Below, in pieces: positions 50,334 to 63,361 of a stretch of DNA of 64,000 nucleotides. The stretch is taken from the NCBI GenBank assembly GCA_965235115.1, contig OZ249436.1, positions 52,764,001 through 52,828,000 on the forward strand, given 5' to 3'. This DNA is from Laetmonice hystrix (Eukaryota). The notes below the pieces were generated by a model that was not told the DNA's origin, searched no databases, and saw only the letters and a list, made by a program, of their open reading frames with translations. Every line of letters starts with the position of its first letter. Positions within the stretch are counted from its first letter, which is position 1. Both the position numbers and the translations under genes were made by a program.

Positions 50334-53300
50334 ATGAATATTCGTTTTGATGGAAAACGTGCGCTCGTCACCGGAGCTGGCCAGGGTGAGTGAGACATGC
50401 TTTGTTGAGGGGGTTGAACGTACCTCGCAGTGCTAGGGCCCTGTCCTATTTTTTTTTTATCTAGAGGTCTAGGCATGATGTGGACGTGGCACTAGACAAG
50501 GCCGGTTCAGTGATATGATTGTTGGTCTGGGGCAGTGAGCTGGGTTACTGTGTCAGATCAGATAGATGTCCTTCACTTGAGACCGAACTGTTTAGGTTCA
50601 GCGCGGTCCCGTACCCCCGTCTTTTACTCTAAGCTGGAAACAAAAATAGGTATAGGCTACCACGGGACGCCGGATAACGTTCCACCACACGCTGGACGTC
50701 AAGTTGGGTGTAGCCGGGGCACTATAATAGTGACTATAAAATTAACAAACGTCCAATGAACTGTTCAAGCTGCTCTTAGGCAGACAGTTCTGTGTATAGA
50801 TAGGCGTAGATCTAGATCTACACTGGCGAATCCGGGATTTCACTAGGCCTAGTATGACTAGCGTGATTGTTTGCATCAGGCCTAATTATCTCTTTTGTTG
50901 TACATGTAGAACGTCTAGCCTATGTCATAAGTTACAACCATTTGTTTCATTATGCTCACTCATGATGTGATGTGCCTAAATATGACAAAATTATTTAAAA
51001 ATGAGTAGGCCCTGGGCCCTACCGGCGCAGGCCTAAATATTATGAAATTAGGGAAGCTAAGGGTGCACCCGGGTCCCCCTAGGCATGTGGCCCATTAAGC
51101 CGGGCTCAAGTTGCGGAATGGAGCGCTTGATGATCTCCATCCAGGTCGACCCCCCCCCCCCCCCCCAATGGAAAACGTTGGCTACACCCATGGAATTATC
51201 ATCATAATCGTCATTATTTGCATTGGCCTTAATTACAATCACGGAAAACTACACGTAGCCGTAGGCGCCTACCGGTATATACGACAACTTATGATGATAG
51301 GTGACCATGCAGGGGATTTTTTTCATCATGTCATTCCTCGACAGTTCCTAAATAAAGTGATGTCTGGTTCCCCCTTCTGCCGCTCGATGGCTCTGCTGGT
51401 CGCTGGTAGCAAGCGACTGTCAGGGTCATTGAGCGGTGAAAGGGGGAACCAGATTATGTCCTAATACCTGTCATCCTTATATTTAACCATAAACGAAATC
51501 ATAATGTACCCCCAAATAAGTACAAAACGAGGAAATATATTTTCTCTCTGTTAAAAATATCGCAATAATTCCATATATTTGAGGTTTTATATAGGCCCAC
51601 TGGCACATTATATAATTGTTATGAACCCCATTAATTATTGTTTTCATAAAATGTACGTCCTGGGAGCTCCTATAGAACCCATTTTATTCATTTTATAAAT
51701 GAAACACTTAGGGGGGATCATGTAGCTAGAGGTCGACCTGTGCAGGATGCACAAGACTGTAAAACGTCATCATGCCTGAAATTCCTTGTCAGGAATTGGA
51801 TATGAAATCGCAAAAGCTCTGGTCAACTGTGGAGCAGAGACGTTTGCCCTGAGTCGAACACAGGCCAATCTGGACAAGCTCAAGGCTGAGGTATGCATCT
51901 GTACTAGTTGGACACATTATCTTACTGTGCTCCTTTAATAACCATCTGTTATAGTTGGACACATTATCTTATACTGTGCTCCTTTAATAACCATCTGTAC
52001 TAGCTGGACACATTACCTTACTGTGCTCCTTTAATAACCATCTGTACTAGCTGGACACATTATCTTACTTTGCTCCTTTAATAACCATCTGTACTAGCTG
52101 GACACATTATCTTACTGTGCTACTTTAATAACCATCTGTACTAGCTGGACACATTATCTTACTGTGCTCCTTTAATAACCATCCTTACTAGCTGGACACA
52201 TTAGCTTACTTTGCTCCTTTAATAACCATCTGTACTAGCTGGACACATTATCTTACTGTGCTCCTTTAATAACCATCTGTACTAGCTGGACACATTAGCT
52301 TACTTTGCTCCTTTAATAACCATCTGTACTAGCTGGACACATTATCTTACTTTGCTCCTTTAATAACCATCTGTGCTAGCTTGACACATTATCTTACTGT
52401 GCTCCTTTAATAACCATCTGTACTAGCTGGACACATTATCTTACTGTGCTCCTTTAATAACCATCCTTACTAGCTGGACACATTAGCTTACTTTGCTCCT
52501 TTAATAACCATCTGTACTAGCTGGACACATTAGCTTACTTTGCTCCTTTAATAACCATCTGTACTAGCTGGACACATTATCTTACTGTGCTCCTTTAATA
52601 ACCATCTGTACTAGCTGGACACATTATCTTACTGTGCTCCTTTAATAACCATCCTTACTAGCTGGACACATTAGCTTACTTTGCTCCTTTAATAACCATC
52701 TGTACTAGCTGGACACATTATCTTACTGTGCTCCTTTAATAACCATCTGTACTAGCTGGACACATTAGCTTACTTTGCTCCTTTAATAACCATCTGTACT
52801 AGCTGGACACATTATCTTACTTTGCTCCTTTAATAACCATCTGTGCTAGCTGGACACATTATCTTACTGTGCTCCTTTAATAACCACCTGTACTAGCTGG
52901 ACACATTAGCTTACTTTGCTCCTTTAATAACCACCTGTACTAGCTGGACACATTATCTTACTGTGCTCCTTTAATAACCATCCTTACTAGCTGGACACAT
53001 TAGCTTACTTTGCTCCTTTAATAACCATCTGTACTAGCTGGACACATTAGCTTACTTTGCTCCTTTAATAACCATCTGTACTAGCTGGACACATTAGCTT
53101 ACTTTGCTCCGTTAATAACCATCTGTACTAGATGGACACATTTTATGAACTAAATACCAATTCAGGCTGACAACATTCCAAAATTTTGGCGAAATGAACT
53201 GGATGTCTGGGATTATTGGATAGTATGGTGAACATCATAACGAGGTTTGGGGAATGTTTGCCCTGAGGTGATGTAGAAAGTTGGTAGATTTTAAAAGTAA

Positions 53301-54839
53301 GTCAAGAACTTTTAAAACTAAATCAACCCCTTCGCCCCTTATTATGATAACATCAATTGAAGCGGATTTTTAAGGGGTGGGGACGGATATATTTTCATCC
53401 GTTTCTTGGTAAAACTCGCCGAGAAATAGAGGCTGAAGTACCACGCACAATTTTCAGAGCGTGGAGTTGTATTTATATTTTTTAACACCAGGTGCCAGCA
53501 GTGCATGTTGTATGTGTGGACCTGACTGACTGGGAGGCAACCCGAACAACAGTTGACGGTCTTGGACGAATCGATCTCCTTGTCAACAATGCTGGACTGG
53601 CATTACTGGACACAGTCTCTCAAGTGACGTCACAGGATATTGATATGTATGACAATTAAAATTCTCTGCTTAATCTTTTGTTAATTGAATATTACTTCTA
53701 ACATTATTCATCCTAAACGTGTTGTCACTACCAAGCTAGCTCTGTTTACGAGTGTATTTTTTTACTTCCATCATATTCAATACTTCTGGTGACGTAACAC
53801 GCGAGTTCTGTTCCCCTGTAAAATTGTAATTTCCATAAATGTAAGTGTCATTAATGTAACACCAGTAATAAGTCAGGCTGACGCCGGATCTATTGGCCAC
53901 CCTCTATCTTCTTTCTGTTTTTAAGGAATGAACACTTTATATATGGATATTTGCAACCTTTCAGGACTTTGGAGGTCAACGTTAAAGCTGCCATTAGCAT
54001 GATTCAGGTAGATATACTGCTATTTCCCATTACCTGGTGGCTTCTGGCGTGTGATGTCATTTACAGAGCCAGGCTCTATTATTGATCCATTTCAAATTAC
54101 ATCTTCGTGTTTCGGGCAGACCCAGCCTAAACGTCTAGGTTTTGACATCAAACGAAATGTGATGGATATCACATTTTCATCAATATGTTAAAAGCCTAGT
54201 GTATGATCACAGTGTATGATCAAATATTGATGTGCCAATGTATCCAATCCAGGCCCGAAGCCAGTATTTCCAAAGGAGTGGGTGGTTTGGGTTTTGAAGA
54301 AATGGAACTTTTAGTGAAAGTGGACTTAGACTCACGGCTTGTATTGAAGGAGGTTTTGCTCGCCATTGGTGTTCTGCTTACTTTGTTTTGCATGAAAGAG
54401 TGGTCCCTGTCCATTGGGGGGGGGGGGGGGGGGGGATCGTACCACCCCCATGGCTCCGGGCATGCAATCTCAATCCGTAACTGTGCTACAGTATTGCACT
54501 TTATCATACTTCTGCAATATTCTTTACATAATTCGTTACGATTTGTTACGTCTGGGTTGCTTTGCTACATCTATCAAAATGTCTTTGGCTTTTTATGATA
54601 TTGAAAATAGGTATCTATCCAGGTAATTGTAAATGCAGCTTTGGAATTATTCTTAAATTGTTCTTCTTCACAAGGTCGTGTCCAAGGGAATGATAGAACG
54701 TGGAACTGGAGGTTCGATCGTTAATATGTCATCTCAAGCATCAATGAGAGGTATTCATGAGCATGTCGCCTACTGTGCCAGCAAAGGTGCCATTGACCAA
54801 GTCACCCGGACCTGTGCATTGGAGCTGGGGCCACACAAT
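50334..54839 (+). CDS. DCXR: L-xylulose/dicarbonyl reductase (SDR family), partial; exons 50334-50385, 51793-51890, 53492-53646, 53965-54007, 54675-54839
   Basis: MNIRFDGKRALVTGAGQGIG (TGxxxGIG), DLTDWEAT, LLVNNAG, GSIVNMSSQAS, catalytic YCASK, ALELGPHN; all junctions GT-AG and in frame; C-terminal exons not found in the window. Confidence 0.9.
51896..53142. repeat. 47-bp minisatellite (~26 copies) starting 5 nt after the DCXR exon-2 donor
   Basis: Unit CATCTGTACTAGCTGGACACATTATCTTACTGTGCTCCTTTAATAAC; period 47 (52039, 52086). Confidence 0.95.
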
Positions 54840-55400
54840 GTAAGTACGAACAATTAAGATCACCAGTAACTCCCTTAAAGGAAAATCAATGTCATATTTA
54901 AAAAAAAGGTTTATGCGGAGCCTTCTTTGTCCACATTCGGAAAAATGAAAACAAATGAATGAAAGAAAAATCGTTTAAGACGTTCTAGGAAAACGATTAT
55001 GACACTTTTTTTATGAAGATAAAGGATACTGTTCAAAACGAAACGCAGTTACCTCAGTGGCATACTGTATACTCCCCTCACTGTACAGCTTTGTGTGAGG
55101 AATTCAAAGATTATGGATCCTTCTAATAGCGTGAACCCCAGTATCTCAGCAGATGTGACTAGCAGCAGGTAAGATGGGTGCTACAGGCCAGTTTTACAAC
55201 CACTGTCAGGACACTACGGGGTCTTTCGATATTGGTCGATATATAAAGGCCGGTTGGCCGACGGACTATAAACCGGCCTTGAGACGGATCCTTTCTCTTG
55301 TTACTGAGTATAACAGTAACATTGGCTATCTATATTCCCTGATTCTAAATAAGGTCTTAGGCCTTCTTTGCCCTGATCGCCAAAGTCTGGCAGAATAAAT

Positions 55401-55753
55401 GGGGTACATTAGACGCATGCGCAATGGGGATTTCAAGTCAAATCCGCAAGGTGGCAGCACTGTGCAAGCAGTCCTTGCTGCAGTACGTTAGCATAAGGTT
55501 AGATAGGACGACGAAATGCTAATGTGCTGTAGGATGACCTAACCTTATCATTACTAAATAATATTAACTCATTTGGACTAAAGTGAATGAAAGAAGTTTA
55601 AAAATTGTCGTACCTTTTTCAAACAAATGTCGGTAAGGCAACCAGCCACAGATTAGCAAATATCAGCCTATCTAATTCTATGCTAAAATGTCGCCTCCTG
55701 AACCGCTTGCACAGTGCTGCCGCCATGCGGGAAAGGCGGCGACCATGTTCCCC
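55401..55753. mobile_element. 353-bp non-autonomous element, copy 2
   Basis: Apparently identical to 46665-47017, same orientation, AT on both sides. Confidence 0.85.
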
Positions 55754-57648
55754 ATTGCTTGTGTATCTGGAGAGGCCAACTCACAGCCACCAGGATTGTC
55801 AGACAAATATTTTTATCCTTTCCAGCTAGAGTTTAGATTTCCAAAGTTTGTACTCCGGATTCAATTGTGATCAATTTTCAGACGTTTATTGGTCATTATT
55901 TGCTCCAACTTCAGTATGTGAGGTCGAGAACTTAGAAATATACATTGAAATTGAATTGAAGCCTTTCGAAAAATTCTCACTTTACGTACCTTCGAATATA
56001 GAAATTTTCAACTGAGGCACACAGCACAGTATGCGTCTCCTTTGTTTTGTTGTTGTATCGGAAAATGAACCGAATAGATCACCACCGATTTGTGCAAGTG
56101 AAAGTCACAGACAAGACTTGACGAAGTGAATAGTTCAGAGTCTTTATTGATGAAGTTGTTGAAGAACTGGCAAGTAACCCGTAGTGAAGGAGATCCTTCT
56201 GTCGTATTGCTCAGATTACGATTAGAGATCGTCATATCCAGCAACATGGGCCTACCTCTGGGATACAGTAGAAAATGGACGTCGTCTTATAATGAACTTG
56301 AAGATAATAACAATACTCATACATCATAATGACAAAAGGGTTGTCGTCTACCAGGGGCACTTCTAGTAATATATCGAAGGAAGGTGTGTGTGTGGGGGGA
56401 GGGGGGGTAGGCATTTCTACAGTCAGCTATTCACGACCACGACAGACAACTCATCCATCGTCCTTACTTATAGCAGGCTTCAACCAGCTTCAACTGAGAA
56501 GATATCTGAGCTCAGAGTTGAAACTGAGTATCACCTATTAGTGAACAAATCATTTGGTTATATCAGTGACGATATGTGATGGATTGAGAGAGCGATAGAC
56601 TGCCCGCAGCGGGATGGCTCACCCCATACCTGACGGTATACAGTTTGGGCAGTATACATGAATTAGTCAGGCTGTAGAGTGAAGGTGCATTTCGTTTAAG
56701 AATTTCTGCCGACTTCAGCCATTTAATCAATACTTGAGGATACCATAAAATATGACTGATGAAGACAATACTGTCTTCGGTAGAAATGCCAGAATCAGTG
56801 ATGCTCAAGGCCTATAGGCGATGGTCTGTTCTGTATTTAGTAATATGGTAGAGTATAGTCCTAGTCGTCAAAAGACTGCGGGAGGTCCCTTACCGCCGGT
56901 GCAGTGTCTACATCCCCTGTATGATACCGGCCATTCCCATGTTGATGTCACCATATTGAAGCGTCTTTCCTGTTTGTGCCACACACGTCCAGGAATAATG
57001 CCAGTGGGACCATATGACGATAGGCAGAGAAGTATCATAATACAGAAATGGCTTCCACAGTGCCATGTGTGTACCCCAGCCATATACATACTGGATGCTA
57101 ATAATAACATTCACAGTTCAGGGGCGGATCCAGGATGTTGGTAAGGAGGGGGGGGGGGGGCTTAGGGGAAGAATTTTCTTGACAGGGTTCAGCATGGTCA
57201 ATTCAGAAAGTTCTAAAGATTGGGGGGGGGATCGGTTGCCAAGGGTTTTAACTCCCCCTACCCCCCCCCCCCCCCCGCCGATCCGCCACTTAACCGGTTT
57301 TCTGAAAGGGATCCGCAGCACACTTCAAGGCAGGCAGATGTAGGAAAGGACAGCTACCCTTCCGTTGACGCTCCTTCCAGCAGTTGAGGGTGGGGTAGGG
57401 TGGGGGCGTTTCATAGCGCGGCGTTCAGTCTTGTCGTCTTACGATACTCAAAAGAGGTGAAGATCACATTTAAGCATGTCTTTGTACGGTAGGATCTCTA
57501 GGTAACTGACCCAATGTTCTTTGAATGGGACAGGAGATCGGAGAGTATTGCTAAAACTCTCTATCAGTTGAAGTTATATTCACACAAAACAGACACTAGG
57601 CTACCACTGTTCGGCTTCAGTCTTAACGGAGCATATATCCCAATGAAA

Positions 57649-60600
57649 TCAGAAGGGATTTTGAAGTAATTTAGCAGTTTGATGTCTCCAGTATATGTCA
57701 CCAATCCTCCACCTTGTAGTGCTGCGCTGAGGATTGAGCTGGAAGCCAGTCCTCACCTCGTACGGGATGTACTGATTGTCTACTAGAAAGTTTGTTAGAT
57801 CCTCTACTGCAGCCACAGGACACGGGCCGTGAGGATCGTGTAAAGCAGTGTACATTTTCTTCCATTCCATGAATATATAAGGCACGTGGACTTTGGTCAG
57901 TAGCCGTCGAGCCCCAGCCAACGCTCGGCACTCGTAGCCCTCTGCAACGTGAGAACAACATTTATTGCTAGTGAGAAGATCCTTTGGTAATTGAGCATTG
58001 AGTTAGAGAATATAACATTCCACAATGACAAGGTGCTAACTGCTCAATCCTGAATAATCTAGAATGATCGTGTTAGAAATGTACGGTGCCCTGTTGGGGA
58101 CATGAAGAGAAAAAAATTTGTGGTGATCTGGAAATTACCATTTAGTGACGTCATTAAGACGTTATCAAGACTTAATGACGTCACTAAGTCGTTATTACGA
58201 GTTAATCGCGTTTTCCTTGTGTTTGAGGAATTGCAGGGAGGAGGCACCCCCCACCACCACCACCACCTCCACCCCACCCCACACCACCACCACCACAACC
58301 CACCACCACCTCCACCCGATCCTCTCGTTGCTCCCTACCACTGTGTCCGCCCGTGTGAGTTTATTCTGAAAGCTCCCAGTGAAAGCTGGAACCATCTCTC
58401 ACCGTCTGATGACGGTATTATATTATGGCATTCTGGTCGCTCTGACAGTGAGGCATTCAGTGTGCTCACAGTGCTCCTCGGGACGCCCATACAGTAGCCG
58501 TCCCAGGCCGTGGGTCTGAATGGGGCTCTAGCTTGTTGCTGATGCAGTGGTAGAAAGGGAATCAGACGAGAAATATGTTATCGTTGTACGGTGCATTAAT
58601 CAGGTGTGTGACAGCACATTTTGTACCGTAATCCCTGTATGGGAGTAAAATTGGTTTTATAGCCATCCATCATTATGTCTCTGTGACAGGCAAACACAAG
58701 ATTTCTGAGCGGTGTATTTTACCGCGATTAAGCACGACCACTGGGGAAACTCGGTGCCACTCAATAAACTTGAATCGTTTTACGATTACTCTGGGCGTTT
58801 AGCAAATTTGGATCCGATTAAATTTCCGTGAGAAGGTGTAAAGAAAACTTGTAATTCTAGAGTTACGAGAAGGGGAAAAAAGGACGGCTGGAAATCTCTG
58901 GAGAAGACCTAATCCCGGTGCAAGCTGCAGCGATCTAATATTGAAGGAGCCGACAGAATGAAGGTGGTGGATAGATCTATACGTCTCACGCTTGAGGGGT
59001 GGGGGCTTAGGGGGATATGGAAGGGGACCGCTATTGATGATTGGAGGAATTCATATAGTGTGCTATGAATGCATTCCACGCTCAATCACGTAGTCCTAAT
59101 GTCTGTGCATTATGTGTGTATTATCGATTGGCGAAAGTTCAGGCCACCAGTGACAATGGCTTGGGGCGGTTAGAGAATGGGAATCATTATTATGAAGGAT
59201 TTCATCGTGTCACAAAAGAACTCCCAGGACTCATCTCTGACGTGAGTAATAGGTCGTAATTTGTGTCAATTACTAAGAAATGTCGGAATAGTTATCGTAT
59301 TGATTAGGCCAATAATAAAATAATTATTCTCCAGATGACAAATTTAAAACTTTTGTTTAAAGAGCCACAACGTTTGTTAAAATGTTCACTGTTTGGGAGA
59401 TCGACTTTTAACCCTGAAAAAAACTGGTAGATCTGTTCACTGACATGGAAAAAAAGGAAAAAGAAGCGTGCTGTTTACAGGCAGGCTGCAGGAGAAATCT
59501 ATAAAACAGAGCCACGTGCAAGCCTGCCATGGCCACACGCAGCCGAAATTTGGTCTGGGACAGCCAAGGGCACCTGTCATTAAGGACATATTTCTATCAA
59601 CGACACTTTTTCCAGAAATACGGGGGGCAACCCCTTCCTCCTGCTGGGGCTAGGACGGACATTACCGGCAGTTGATAGAGCTCCTGTCCCTGGTTCGTCT
59701 TGGCTGACACTGCTGTGAACATTTTCTGGTCGTATAAATGCCTCATTACGTGCCTACGTATACCTGCCTTAAATCAATGTCAAACTGTTTATCTTGGCAA
59801 CTTTCCAACGGATTTGATTTACGCCATTCTATCAGTTGCAAACTTCAAAGGGCTAGGCCTACCAGACAAGTTAAGGAATTGATTTGAGAAACACAAAAGG
59901 AAAGTATCTAGACACTTCAATATTCGACTGTTTTTTTACTTACACTGTCATTTCATAAATGTTGTATTACCTTTGTGCAATAGTAGGCCTACCTATACGT
60001 ACCAATATCGATTTTGATGACAGCTTCTGCAAAGTAGGCGACTTCTAGCAGATGGTCCATGGTGGTTGTCATGACAACCTTGTGGCCAGGTTTCAAAGAT
60101 AGACTTTGCTGTTTTTCCTGCGAGATCCTCTGTATCCATATACCCCCCTGGTTATCTTTATTCTCAGTCAGTGTCACATTCTCGTGGCTATCCGACACAG
60201 CATTAAAGACGAGATGAACATTGTGTTGGAGTTTATTCAGCGCGACACCTTTATGAAGACGGACAATATTTTCATACGCTGGTTCCACCGCAATGACGTG
60301 ATGCCCCATCTGGGCAGCCAGTAACGTGTAGTAGCCTATATTGGCACCAACGTCAATAAAGTAGGCGTCCGGGTATTTGTTGAACGCTCTCTGCAGGAGA
60401 GTCGTGATATAAGGCTCCCAGATTCCGTCAGATACGAGAGCAGCCGAGATGTACTTGTCCTTGTCTGAGGGATAGACACAGATATGAAACCTGGGTAGTG
60501 TCTTGGCCGTGATGCAGTGATAGGTGCGGCCGGGTGGCATGGCCTGGAGGTCGTAGAGTTGGACATGACGCGGGTTGTGGCGGGTGATGACGTGGGAGAG

Positions 60601-60752
60601 CTTGCGGTACGCGGGTAGCGGGGGAAGTGGCGGGTGACGCAGGTGAAGCAGGTGGTCGAGGTACTCGTCATCACGGGACGTGGCAGATTGTTCGTGTTGA
60701 GAGACCAGTGTGTGGAGGCTGGCCCCGAAACACAGTATGCTCACACCCACAA
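57649..60752 (-). CDS. FkbM-family (Methyltransf_21) SAM-dependent methyltransferase, probably membrane-anchored; exons 60752-60003 and 57941-57649, start uncertain
   Basis: GIWEP, FIDVGANIGYYTLLAA, VIAVEP, and IKIDI/EGYE formed across a phase-1 junction (ATT G|gtacgt ... gttgcag|AG GGC), then IFMEW. Strong acceptor ttttttccag| at 60753/60752 suggests an upstream coding exon; in-frame ATG at 60783 is the alternative start. Confidence 0.85.
58082..58215. mobile_element. Truncated copy of the 29797-30033 MITE family
   Basis: TACGGTGCCCTGTTGGGGACATGAAGAGA...GAAATTACCA.TTAGT.ACGTCATTAA matches the left arm at 29795. Confidence 0.7.
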
Positions 60753-61713
60753 CTGGAAAAAAGTAGAAAGCATAAATATCCATTAAGGCATCAGTGAAGA
60801 CTCAGGAACATTATTTGAATATGGAATATTTTCTTGTTCTGTAGTTGGTATAAAATGTCCTCAGAATATTTCATTTGCTCAGAATATTTTCCAGGGTCGG
60901 TGAAAAGAAGCATACTCCTTTGAGAAATGCATGAAATTAATATCAATTGTGGAACTCAAATTGACACTGTTCAGTCAGCAAGCAATCATTGAACGTCATA
61001 ATGAATCCATATTGCAATGGAACAATGGAAGGATACAGTGGGCAGTTGGAGAGGGTGGGATACAGGATCCACTCCGATGCTACGCTGAGGGGGGGGGGAG
61101 AGGCCAGTTGAAAAGTTGGTCGGTGTTTCGGGCACCTATAGGAAAGGGTTTGGGTAGTATATATCAGTGTTATCGCCGAGATGGGCGGAGCTAGGTCAAT
61201 CACGAATATATAAACAGGTTGTGTATACCGATATTTTCAGCCCCCTCATTCTCCTATTTTCCGTCATAAGATAAAATGCTTGAATTCATCAATCATTTTG
61301 TGCTGTAGAGAACTTTAACACATATAAGAACTACATTTTTATAGGATTCAATGTATGCCAGATGAGAGGCCTGGGGCCGTTTTTTTTGGTTCACTTTTCC
61401 ACCGCGAGCAAGGGTGAGCTGAGCTGAGCAAGTAGGAGCTGGGCCCGGTTTGCGATATCGCCCGTATTCTGAAAGCTCACTCACACTCACACTCCACTCA
61501 TACTTAAGCGAGTGTCCCTCAAGTGTGGCTCAAGGGACACTCAAGTACGAGTGTGAGTGTGACCTCAATAATTTGAAGGACCACTCACACTTATTGAGTG
61601 AAGCATATTTTTAGATTCACAGAGGTCACTCAAGTGTGACTCAGTCAAGTGGCCCTTGTGTAATAGTTGGTATTGGGTGTGCCACACTGGTTTTGTATTG
61701 CCAGTCTGGCATC

Positions 61714-62085
61714 ATGTCTCAAGCAGGCCGGCAATATTTCTCTGAACTGGAGAAGTCAACGTTGATTGAATTAGTTGATAAACATAAGGAAATATTGGAA
61801 AATAAACGGAACGACTTCAAGATCATCAAGGAGAAAAACCAGGCATGGGAAAGTTTGACGGAGGAGTTCAATGCGCAAAGCGGAGTGAACAAACGGGATA
61901 GCAAGCAACTTAAAAAGTGTTGGGAAAATATAAAAGCCCGGGCCAAAAAGTCGATTGGCAAAGAAAAGAGAGAAGCTAAACTTACTGGAGGAGGTAAGAG
62001 TAGTGTTCCCGATGAAACGGCATCCATATCCCCCATCACCCAAAAGGATACCTTCTATGTCCCCTCTTTCAAATTGAGCACATAA
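61714..62085 (+). pseudogene. Harbinger Myb/SANT-like DNA-binding ORF, 3'-truncated
   Basis: MSQAGRQYFSELEKSTLIELVDKHKEILENKR..KNQAWESLTEEFNA..RDSKQLKKCWENIKARAKK..EAKLTGGG; runs into antisense transposase sequence at ~62005. Confidence 0.85.
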
Positions 62086-62714
62086 TCGACTGTTATCAAA
62101 GATTCGCGCATCATGTACACTGCCAGGCCATCGGGCAACAATATGTTCCATCTCCAGTTTCGGACCACATACAGCCTGGACATTGATCGAAAAGTAGCTT
62201 TTGCGGTTTCGGAACAGTTCTGCATCCACCCCACCTGGACTGGTATTTTGATGTGAGTACAGTCGATGGCACCCACAACTCCAGGAAAACCGCCTAATCT
62301 CCAGAAATCTACTTTAACTTTCCGAAGGTCTTGACCTTCGGGAAATCTAATGTAGTTTGGTTTCAGAGCAGCAATGGCATCAGATACACGTTTGATAATG
62401 TGACTTGCAGATGGTTGTGATATGTCACAAAGATCTGCACAGGCCAATTGGAACGTGCCAGTGGCATAGAAACGAAGTGTAAGCAACAGCTGAACATCAG
62501 AGGGAATTGGATTGCCTCGTTCATTATGTGGTGCTATCGACGGTGTTACTAATCCCCATAACTCCTGAAATGCAGCTTTGGTCAATCTGAACCGTCTCCG
62601 GAACTCATCGTCTGTGTACTTGTCAACGTCAAAGTTATATTCTCTCCGCAAGTGACCGACATTTCTTTCCAATCTTGCAATGTTTTCCAACCTATTGAGC
62701 CACATATACGCCAT
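62005..62714 (-). pseudogene. Harbinger (HARBI1-like, DDE_Tnp_4) transposase, frameshifted and 3'-truncated
   Basis: FRRRFRL, LLLTLRFYATG, FPGVVGAIDCTHIKIP, then a frameshift near 62243 into FRNRKSYFSINVQAVC..RWPGSVHDARIF..LLGDGGY; the rest is missing. Confidence 0.9.
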
Positions 62715-63301
62715 TTTGGTGAATAAATGTTCACTTGAGTGAAGGCTGAGGGAGGTATACCACCCACTCAACCTTCACTCCAAAATAATGACTTGGGTAA
62801 GTGTGAGTGAGGTCTCTGAAAGGTTCTAGTGTGAGGTAGATCTTTCACTCATTGAATGTTGAGGAACACTCATTGAGTTTCAAGTGATACTCAATGAGTG
62901 TGAGTGTGAGTGAGCTTTCAGAATACGGGCGACATCTTGCTTACGCTTAAGCTTAAGCTTTCTGATTGGCTGATTGCCACACATTTAAGCTGCCTTGCTT
63001 AAACCGGTGACACTCTCCAATCAGTTGCATTAAGCTTTAAAGCAAGATGTCTTAGTGAGAATGAGCTCATGCTCACCATTGATCAGCTCAGCTCACCCTT
63101 GCTCACGGTGGAAAAGTAAACAAAAAAAACCGGCCCCAGGTGTTTTGTTTTGTTTTGTGTAACATAATTGTGGGTATAGGCAGGTAGGACTAAAGTAACG
63201 GTAAAACCGTTAACTAATTATCTTTAGGCCTACCTTCATTCTGTTTAGGCTAATCTTAGATCAGTCATAATCCTCTCACTGTAGATCTATCTTTTACGAC
63301 T

Positions 63302-63303
<2 letters not shown>

Positions 63304-63358
<55 letters not shown>
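63304..63358. repeat. (CT)n microsatellite
   Basis: Direct reading. Confidence 0.95.

Positions 63359-63361
<3 letters not shown>

Larger units (their letters stand above)
61454..62936. mobile_element. PIF/Harbinger transposon, internally deleted
   Basis: ~40-bp TIR (GATATCGCCCGTATTCTGAAAGCTCACTCACACTCACACTC and its inverse) enclosing convergent Myb/SANT and DDE transposase remnants. Confidence 0.9.
61374..63136. mobile_element. Outer Harbinger-type element (CWG target site) enclosing a nested element
   Basis: CTG|GGGCCGTTTTTT..TTTTCCACCGCGAGCAAGGGTGAGCTGAGCTGA ... TCAGCTCAGCTCACCCTTGCTCACGGTGGAAAA..AAAACCGGCCC|CAG. Confidence 0.8.

Noticed and set aside
55089..55168. NSVNPS-containing segment as DCXR exon 6
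   Set aside because: Only five residues resemble the expected motif; surrounding sequence and length do not fit an SDR C-terminus.
60753..60783. ATG at 60783 as certain start of the methyltransferase
   Set aside because: The codons FYFFPV read as a polypyrimidine tract plus CAG acceptor, so an upstream exon is at least as likely.
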